From Psychrobacter sp. DM4 (lineage in GTDB: Bacteria; Pseudomonadota; Gammaproteobacteria; Pseudomonadales; Moraxellaceae), in assembly GCF_051307035.1 (NCBI RefSeq), contig NZ_CP195536.1, positions 1,440,001-1,472,000 on the forward strand: a stretch of DNA of 32,000 nt, given 5' to 3'. A model generated the notes under the pieces. It had not been told where the DNA came from, did not search any database, and saw only the letters and a program-made list of their open reading frames with translations. Made by a program: the position numbers and the translations under genes. Shown here piece after piece: positions 26,005-32,000 of this stretch; position 1 is the stretch's first letter; every line of letters begins with the position of its first letter.

Positions 26005-27126
26005 CTATGGGCGAACTATATTGACATCAGACACATAAGTGGGTAATTGCCAAGCACCGCCTACCTCTACCATGCGGCATAGACCCGTCGTGCTTTCATG
26101 ACTTTTGACAAAACGCTTGCCCGTCCATATCCAATCCGTCTTGGATATGCAGTCTCCTAAACTACGGCCCTTTTGAATCGCGCTTATTTTGCCACTTTTG
26201 TACTCAGTGGCATTGGTAGTGACGAGCTGCGGGTTGTAAGGCTTACGATCATTAATAACCCATGCTCCAGCGCCAGAATTGTATACTGCCGTCCAGCAGT
26301 TATGCTGCGCCAGTAACTTGGTACTACTTAAACGAGTCATCTGCCAAGAGGTGCCATCAGCGATATTAGGACAGCTACTAGTATCGTTCAGCGTCTGTTT
26401 GAGCATGGTCGCAAGATTCGACGCTCTCATCACAAACTTAGTGCTTTGATTGGTTGTTTTATTGCTAGGCAATACTAAATTAAGCGCAGGCGCAGTAGCA
26501 GCGGGCAACACGCTATCATTGGGTTTGGTCGCACTATCTGATTTTATTAGAGCGCTAGTAGTTCCCACTCGGCCCTGTACAGCGTCAACATGCGTCATAG
26601 CAGCAGTTGCTCCCTTATCAGAGACCTGCCAGCGCGTATTACGCAGTACCAGCTCAATCTTGCTCGACTTTGCCAACGCACCCAACAGTGCTGTGACTTG
26701 CGGCGCGGTAAGATCGGCATCCCCTGATGAAAATGGCTTTATCTCTCCCAGATCTTTATCATCGATAAACAGCGATATGCGGTGGCGATTACCTAATTGC
26801 ATAAGGGCTTTAGCTGAGCTCTCTTTAGCGCCCCCAAATTTGACTTTGCCCTCAACACTAGTATTAACGCCTGCGCGGCGTACAAGCAAGATGGATACAG
26901 GCTGCTCACTACTTCCTTCTGCTTGATAGCCTGCTAGGCGACAAGTACGCGTGTTGTCGCATACTGCTTGCCAGTCTTGCTGCGTGAATTCTAAAGAAGT
27001 CGCAGCTTGAACAGAGGCGCTCGATAGCATAAGTGCCATAGCAATGCGAGTTGCGAACACGAGGTTGTCGCTTATTGGTTTTTTTATTATTTTAGCTAGA
27101 TGTTTATTGATCTGTACCATAACCAT
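26005..27126 (-). CDS. Secreted Cys-containing protein of unknown function (possibly DUF1176-like)
   Basis: 373 aa with a signal peptide (..RIAMALMLSSASVQA-ATS) and conserved-looking Cys pairs (WQAVCDNTRTCRLAGY; two-domain layout). The family name is a tentative recollection. Confidence 0.55.
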   Translation of the reverse strand: MVMVQINKHLAKIIKKPISDNLVFATRIAMALMLSSASVQAATSLEFTQQDWQAVCDNTRTCRLAGYQAEGSSEQPVSILLVRRAGVNTSVEGKVKFGGAKESSAKALMQLGNRHRISLFIDDKDLGEIKPFSSGDADLTAPQVTALLGALAKSSKIELVLRNTRWQVSDKGATAAMTHVDAVQGRVGTTSALIKSDSATKPNDSVLPAATAPALNLVLPSNKTTNQSTKFVMRASNLATMLKQTLNDTSSCPNIADGTSWQMTRLSSTKLLAQHNCWTAVYNSGAGAWVINDRKPYNPQLVTTNATEYKSGKISAIQKGRSLGDCISKTDWIWTGKRFVKSHESTTGLCRMVEVGGAWQLPTYVSDVNIVRP

Positions 27127-27308
27127 AAGTCTGATCCTCCATTAGTAAAGCAAGAATATTCTGCTCTAAAGACAACATCTCCTCATTCTAACTCGGTAAT
27201 GTTTCTTTGTATTATACCAATGTAGCATTATGTAATAGCGCAATCAATAAATCCAAGTAAAACTCCTTAAACAATAATCAATAACATTACATATGTGTTG
27301 ACTTGATT

Positions 27309-27346
27309 AAAAAACAGCCTAATAAACTAAGTTTATCAGGCTGTTT
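27309..27346 (-). terminator. Rho-independent terminator of the yghU-like gene
   Basis: AACAGCCTAATAAAC-taa-GTTTATCAGGCTGTT, 15-bp arms with one mismatch, followed on the minus strand by TTTTTT. Confidence 0.7.
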
Positions 27347-27406
27347 TAAACTAAATTTTGGGATGTTCTTGACTGTAAAGTTAAAGGATTACTATTATCT
27401 TTAGTA

Positions 27407-28237
27407 TTAGCGCATAGATTGAAGAGGGAGGTCAACGGCGCGTATCACAGCAGGACGCTTGGCTATGCGTTGTGCCCAGCGCAGTAGATTTTGATAGCTA
27501 TCAACTTGCAAAAATTCACTCGCTTCATAGAGCTTACCTAGTACCAGCTGACCATACCATGCCCAGATAATGATATCGGCGATGTTATAGTCCGCTTCGC
27601 TATCACCGCATATATAGGTCTGATTTTGCAAATGCTTGTCGAGTACGTCGAGCTGACGTTTAGTCTCCATAGTAAAGCGATCTATCGGGTACTCCATCGG
27701 ATACGGTGCATAGGCATAAAAATGTCCAAAACCACCGCCTAAATAAGGGGCACTACCCATTTGCCACATGACCCAAGATAGACACTCGGTGCGTGCGCGG
27801 CCCTGCTCCATCGGTATAAACTGCCCAAACTTCTCTGCTAAATACATCAAAATTGCGCCCGACTCAAATACTGCGAGCGGCTCATCTTGTGTATCGCCCG
27901 TGTGATCGACCAAAGCGGGTATCTTGGAGTTAGGGTTAATCTCAACAAACCCTGAGCCAAACTGGTCGCCCTCAGAGATATCGATCTTGTACGCATCGTA
28001 CGCCGCCTCTTTGATACCAAGTTCGGCTAATTCTTCTAGCAAGATATTGACCTTAATACCGTTTGGCGTGTTTAGGGAATATAGCTGTAGTGGTGCTTGT
28101 CCTACTGGTAGCGCCTGCTCGTGCCGTGATCCGGCTTCTGGGCGATTGATGCTAGCAAACTTGCCGCCGTTTTCTTTATCTGGTGTCCAGACTTTAGGCG
28201 GTGTATAGGGCTGTGCTTGATTGTCTGTGTTATTCAT
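27407..28237 (-). CDS. yghU: Nu-class glutathione S-transferase / disulfide-bond reductase (YghU-like)
   Basis: 276 aa. PPKVWTPDKENGGKFASINRPEAGSRHEQALPVGQAPLQLYSLNTPNGIKVNILLEEL..DQFGSGFVEINPNSKIPAL..GGGFGHFYAYAP..INRF-like DRFTMETKRQLDVLDK closely parallels E. coli YghU as I recall it. Confidence 0.85.
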   Translation of the reverse strand: MNNTDNQAQPYTPPKVWTPDKENGGKFASINRPEAGSRHEQALPVGQAPLQLYSLNTPNGIKVNILLEELAELGIKEAAYDAYKIDISEGDQFGSGFVEINPNSKIPALVDHTGDTQDEPLAVFESGAILMYLAEKFGQFIPMEQGRARTECLSWVMWQMGSAPYLGGGFGHFYAYAPYPMEYPIDRFTMETKRQLDVLDKHLQNQTYICGDSEADYNIADIIIWAWYGQLVLGKLYEASEFLQVDSYQNLLRWAQRIAKRPAVIRAVDLPLQSMR

Positions 28238-28376
28238 TGTTCATCCTTTAAATGTGGTGTATTGGATACGATAGTATACGTTTATAGATGTTGTACCGTA
28301 TTTTGAGAGAGTGATAATATCGCCTTACTATAACGGGCGCTAGTTATGATAATAAAGTCCTCTTTGGTAATAACGT

Positions 28377-28466
28377 ATGGCTTGTCTGTTTACTTTGCTA
28401 CTCTTTTATTGTTTAGGCGTTGTTCTTATACTAGCGCGACTTAGATCATTTAACATTAGGCGATAA
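28377..28466 (+). CDS. Candidate 29-codon upstream ORF whose stop overlaps the MFS start (TAATG)
   Basis: ATG 28377 ... TAA 28464-28466 gives MACLFTLLLFYCLGVVLILARLRSFNIRR. The A of the stop codon is the A of the MFS ATG (28466). There is no convincing SD, so this may be a chance ORF. Confidence 0.2.
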   Translation: MACLFTLLLFYCLGVVLILARLRSFNIRR

Positions 28467-29842
28467 TGGTAACCTTGACCCCAACTCAGCAAAAGTTCTT
28501 GCCTTATGTATTGGCAGTAGCTTTGTTCATGCAGATTCTTGATGCCACCATTTTAAATACCTCACTTCCACAGATGGCGCAAGCCTTGGGCGAATCGCCG
28601 CTTAAGATGCAATGGGCGGTCATTAGTTATGCTTTGGCCTTAGCTATTTTTATTCCGGTTAGTGGTTTTTTGGCGGACAAATACGGTACTCGGCGCGTGT
28701 TTTTATCCGCTATTGTTGTCTTCTCCATTGGTTCCATAATGTGCGCCGCCTCTGCTACTTTAGATATCTTGATAGGATCTCGTATCATACAAGGGTTGGG
28801 CGGCGCAATGATGACGCCAGTTGCGCGCCTGATCTTGGTCAAGTCCTATCCACGCAACCAGCTGCTTACCGTCATGAATTTTGCGGTCATTCCCGCGCTG
28901 ATCGCCCCGCTAGTTGGTCCTGTACTTGGTGGCTATATCGTACAGTATGCCAGCTGGCACTGGATATTTTTGATTAATATTCCTATGGGGCTGCTAGGAT
29001 TCATCATGGGGCGCAAACTAGTGCCCGCTCTGTTCGAGGATACCCAGCGTTTGGATTGGACAGGGTTTGGCTTGTTTGCGGCAGCGGCCTGCGGATTCAC
29101 TCTAGCCGTTGAATTTGGCGCGCAGTCGGGTCGCGGGCTATATGGTCTCTTGCTTGGCATTATCGCATCGATATTGATAGGCGCATACGTTTGGCATGCC
29201 AAGCGCCAGACAGCGCCCCTGTTCCCGCTAGGTTTATTTAGTATTCGAACCTTTCGTATCGGTATCGTCGGCAACCTATTTACCCGTCTTGGTATTAGCG
29301 CTGTCCCGTTTTTACTGCCGCTATTATTACAAGTAGTGTTTGAATACTCGCCATCACAAGCAGGCTGGCTTCTTGCGCCCATCGCTATTGGGGCAATAGG
29401 TATCAAGCCTTGGGTCAGTAAACTTATTCAGCGTTATAGTTATCGTAAAGTCCTAGTTGTCAATACCATCTCACTTGGCGTGCTCATCATCGTTCTCGCG
29501 CAGTTCAATGACCCCTCTTATTGGATGTGGTATATTCCGGTGCTGATTTTGATGGGCGCTAGTAATTCTATGCAATTTAGTGCGATGAACACTTTAACCA
29601 TAGGCGATCTACAAGGCACGCAAACGAGTAGCGGCAATAGCCTGATGGCAGTCAATCAGCAATTGGCTATTGGTTTTGGTATCGCTTTTGGTGCGGCAGT
29701 TTTAAACCTATTGCGTGAACGCATGGAATTTGATACCTTACTTGCCTTTCAAACGACCTACTGGATATTGGGTATTTTAACCATATTATCTGGATTGCAT
29801 TTTTTGCGTTTAGGACCTAGAGACGGTGATGGCTTGTATTGA
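28466..29842 (+). CDS. mdtD: MFS transporter, DHA2 (14-TMS) drug:H+ antiporter family, MdtD-like
   Basis: 458 aa. LPQMAQALGESPLKMQWAVISYALALAIFIPVSGFLADKYGTRRVF...IQGLGGAMMTPVARL...YASWHWIFLINIPMGLLG aligns by eye with E. coli MdtD/YegB at roughly half the positions. The symbol is by similarity only. Confidence 0.75.
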   Translation: MVTLTPTQQKFLPYVLAVALFMQILDATILNTSLPQMAQALGESPLKMQWAVISYALALAIFIPVSGFLADKYGTRRVFLSAIVVFSIGSIMCAASATLDILIGSRIIQGLGGAMMTPVARLILVKSYPRNQLLTVMNFAVIPALIAPLVGPVLGGYIVQYASWHWIFLINIPMGLLGFIMGRKLVPALFEDTQRLDWTGFGLFAAAACGFTLAVEFGAQSGRGLYGLLLGIIASILIGAYVWHAKRQTAPLFPLGLFSIRTFRIGIVGNLFTRLGISAVPFLLPLLLQVVFEYSPSQAGWLLAPIAIGAIGIKPWVSKLIQRYSYRKVLVVNTISLGVLIIVLAQFNDPSYWMWYIPVLILMGASNSMQFSAMNTLTIGDLQGTQTSSGNSLMAVNQQLAIGFGIAFGAAVLNLLRERMEFDTLLAFQTTYWILGILTILSGLHFLRLGPRDGDGLY

Positions 29843-30352
29843 TGTGTGCAGTCTTTTCTAGGATAAAAGTACAAGACTCTATGAGCAGTTTTCGTAGTTA
29901 CATCATCGCGTTCGTCTTGAATCATTATCACCGCCTTTGTCTTTTGAAGCACAAATCAGCTTATTCATGATGTATTTAGACAGCCATAGGATGCCTTCCT
30001 ACTACTTATATGCATGATATAAAATATAGTGTAGATAAAGTTTATAGGACGATGGCTAAAACATTTAACCAAATACGCTGTTACTATTTAAGATAGCAAA
30101 TAACAGATGTCTAAGAGATTTTTTTGAAGACACATAAATATTTGAAATAATTGAAAATTATGTTAGCGCCCTCTAGGTTATTGTTATGTGTAAATATTAC
30201 ATGAATATGACACTGACTATATGTTTGTAAGTGGATATTGGTAGTGAGTAGTGCTTTTACAAAAACTGTAAAGTTTTCAATCAATATTCGATTATTTATT
30301 CATCTGCTGATATATTGTGCTTTTTAAATCAAACCATAAGTTGGATAACTCT

Positions 30353-30685
30353 ATGTCTACTGATATTTTTGTAATGCAACCGCTTGGACTATTTAAAGCT
30401 TTGTCCGATCCAACTCGGTTGAACATTTTTTATATTTTGTATAAAAAAGAAGCGCGCTGCGTAGGTGAATTGGTCGATATGCTAGATCAGCCGCAGCCAA
30501 CGATATCGCGTCACTTGAACCATCTCAAAAAAATAGGGCTGCTAAATGCGGTACGAGATGGTACTTGGATGTGGTACGAAGTCGCTAATGATTTGCCCGC
30601 ATGGTGTCAAGTTATCTTAGAGTCCACTCATGAGACGATGGTCAAACATGCCGATGGTCAAAAAGCTCCGCTTGTTGACCTTTAG
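30353..30685 (+). CDS. ArsR/SmtB-family transcriptional regulator
   Basis: LFKALSDPTRLNIFYIL...RCVGELVDMLDQPQPTISRHLNHLKKIGLLNAVRDGTWMWYEV is the ArsR winged-HTH core. The start is taken at ATG 30353. The GTG at 30317 in the track is less likely. Confidence 0.8.
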   Translation: MSTDIFVMQPLGLFKALSDPTRLNIFYILYKKEARCVGELVDMLDQPQPTISRHLNHLKKIGLLNAVRDGTWMWYEVANDLPAWCQVILESTHETMVKHADGQKAPLVDL

Positions 30686-30728
30686 TAGTGATCTTTAAGT
30701 GATTGTCCCTAATCTAAATATAAAGCTC

Positions 30729-30762
30729 AAAAAAAAGACCTATTGCAATAGGTCTTTTTTTT
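30729..30762. terminator. Bidirectional Rho-independent terminator between the arsR-like gene and cysA
   Basis: AAAAAAAAGACCTATTGCAATAGGTCTTTTTTTT. Palindromic stem at 30736-30755, flanked by an 8-nt A-run and an 8-nt T-run. Confidence 0.8.
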
Positions 30763-30819
30763 GTTTAACCGTTGAGCTCAATGCTGTGACAGTCGATACT
30801 ATATTAAATCCAAAAAGTA

Positions 30820-31542
30820 CTAGACCAAATCTAAAAAGTCACTAACAAAGGCGTTGCTGGTCTGCTCAATCAAACTCTCAGGCGTCCCTACTTGCTCAAC
30901 GCGTCCTCGATTCATAACCACAATCTCATCCGATATAGCGCGCGCCTCTTCTTGATCATGAGTCACCATGATGCTTGTGATACCTAGCTCGTGATGAATG
31001 TTCTTGAGCCACGTGCGTAGCTCCTTACGCACCTTAGCATCGAGCGCGCCAAAGGGCTCATCTAATAGTAGTAACTTAGGCTTGACCGCAAGGGCTCGTG
31101 CCAGCGCAATACGTTGACGCTGCCCCCCTGAGAGCTGATGCGGATACGCATTGGCCAGTTGCGGTAACTGTACCAGCTCTAGTAAGTCAGCCACGCGCTG
31201 CTTGATCTCAGTCTTACTAGGACGCTCATTTTTGGGCAATAACGTCAAACCAAAGGCGATGTTGTCAGCGATGTTTTTATGCCGAAAAAGAGCGTAATGC
31301 TGAAACATAAAACCGATATGACGTTTTTGTACGGGTGTGTTGGTCACGTTAATGCCGTCGAACAATATATGACCTGAGTCAGCATATTCAAGCCCTGCGA
31401 TAATACGTAATAACGTAGTCTTACCGCAGCCTGAGGGGCCAAGCAAAGTTGTGAGCTTACCTGTTGGTACGGTGATATTGATATTATCTAACGCCGTAAA
31501 TTCACCAAAGGTTTTATTAACGTCTCTTATCTCAATACTCAT
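30820..31542 (-). CDS. cysA: Sulfate/thiosulfate ABC transporter ATP-binding protein, short form without the C-terminal regulatory domain
   Basis: [13 protein letters not shown]...[20 protein letters not shown]...FQHYALFRH...[37 protein letters not shown] tracks E. coli CysA almost residue for residue through the ABC domain. It ends at 240 aa (..FVSDFLDLV). Confidence 0.85.
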   Translation of the reverse strand: MSIEIRDVNKTFGEFTALDNINITVPTGKLTTLLGPSGCGKTTLLRIIAGLEYADSGHILFDGINVTNTPVQKRHIGFMFQHYALFRHKNIADNIAFGLTLLPKNERPSKTEIKQRVADLLELVQLPQLANAYPHQLSGGQRQRIALARALAVKPKLLLLDEPFGALDAKVRKELRTWLKNIHHELGITSIMVTHDQEEARAISDEIVVMNRGRVEQVGTPESLIEQTSNAFVSDFLDLV

Positions 31543-31584
31543 AGTGATGTCTCTTATCGATGCTAATTTAATTCTATTTTGATG

Positions 31585-31613
31585 CTAATAAGGTTGGCTC
31601 TTCTTCATGTCAA
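31585..31613 (-). promoter_or_regulatory. Candidate sigma70-like promoter in the cysW-cysA spacer (TTGACA-17 nt-TATTAG on the minus strand)
   Basis: The reverse complement of 31608-31613 is TTGACA. The reverse complement of 31585-31590 is TATTAG. The spacer is 17 nt. Sequence match only. Confidence 0.2.
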
Positions 31614-31656
31614 ATGGTCTATCGTACTATCTTTATCTTAGACCTCTTTATCTTAG

Positions 31657-32000
31657 TTATCGACCTGTTTCGTTATCAACGGTAGCATTGGCGCTCACAG
31701 GTAATTTGGGCGCAGCGGCTAAACGCTCAGACTTGGCAAACTTACGTGATTGCATCTTAGTCATAATCTGCTGCACAAGTAAGGTCACTAACGCCAAAGC
31801 AGCAAGAAGACTGGACAAGGCAAAAGCTGCGGTAAAGTTGTATTCGTTATAGGCAATCTCAACCAGTAGCGGCATCGTATTAGTCTCACCGCGAATATGT
31901 CCTGATACGACGCTGACCGCGCCAAACTCGCCCATCGCACGCGCATTGGTTAGGATCAAACCATAGAGCAATGCCCATTTTATATTGGGCAAAGTAATAT
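31657..32000 (-). CDS. cysW: Sulfate ABC transporter permease CysW, partial; the N-terminal part lies beyond the right edge
   Basis: ..[51 protein letters not shown].. matches the CysW C-terminal region as I recall it. The frame stays open to position 32000. It carries a roughly 25-aa C-terminal extension ([27 protein letters not shown]). Confidence 0.85.
   Translation of the reverse strand, partial: ITLPNIKWALLYGLILTNARAMGEFGAVSVVSGHIRGETNTMPLLVEIAYNEYNFTAAFALSSLLAALALVTLLVQQIMTKMQSRKFAKSERLAAAPKLPVSANATVDNETGR

Noticed and set aside
30278-30292. Possible ArsR operator AATCAATATTCGATT upstream of the arsR-like gene
   Set aside because: Only 5 of 7 arm positions pair and it does not resemble the 12-2-12 ArsR/SmtB boxes I know. 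It is too weak to call.
1-32000. Screened for CRISPR arrays, tRNA/rRNA genes, IS elements, integrases, prophage genes and known defence-system genes
   Set aside because: The only tandem repeats are 8-15 bp units with 2-3 copies (23796-23819, 10229-10273, 14008-14035). These are far too short and too few for CRISPR. No cloverleaf-capable segments or rRNA-like sequence were noticed. No translation resembles a transposase, recombinase or a recognisable defence protein apart from the RhuM-like remnant.

Overview
This looks like an AT-leaning gammaproteobacterial chromosome segment. Gene content and codon style resemble Moraxellaceae or Psychrobacter, but that is inference only. No database search was possible, so every family call rests on motifs I recognised in the translations.

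Most of the window is ordinary housekeeping and accessory metabolism:
- A methylcitrate-cycle operon, prpB-prpC-acnD, with acnD running off the left edge.
- An NRAMP-like transporter.
- Two LysR regulators; the second (10485-11426) is divergent from a GST plus MDR-oxidoreductase pair.
- mtfA, an SGNH hydrolase lipoprotein and an EamA-type exporter.
- A DEAD-box helicase with a long RG-rich tail.
- A yghU-type GST, an MdtD-like MFS pump, an ArsR-family regulator, and cysA plus the 3' part of cysW.

The most system-like locus is 18109-22027. It is a three-gene Anbu-type operon:
- a circularly permuted ATP-grasp fused to an alpha-E domain,
- a transglutaminase-like cysteine protease,
- a proteasome beta-subunit homologue.

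This gene neighbourhood is already described in the literature, but its cellular function is unresolved. The fused architecture here is the unusual part.

A second notable region is 13789-17024, where four consecutive genes look inactivated:
- a RhuM-like fragment carrying a perfect 14-bp tandem duplication,
- a TetR gene and a flavoprotein gene, both missing their 5' ends and abutting head to head,
- a DUF2855-like gene split by a -1 frameshift.

An AraC remnant, REP-like hairpins and two small unannotated hydrophobic ORFs are also reported. I found no rRNA, tRNA, CRISPR array, transposase or integrase.
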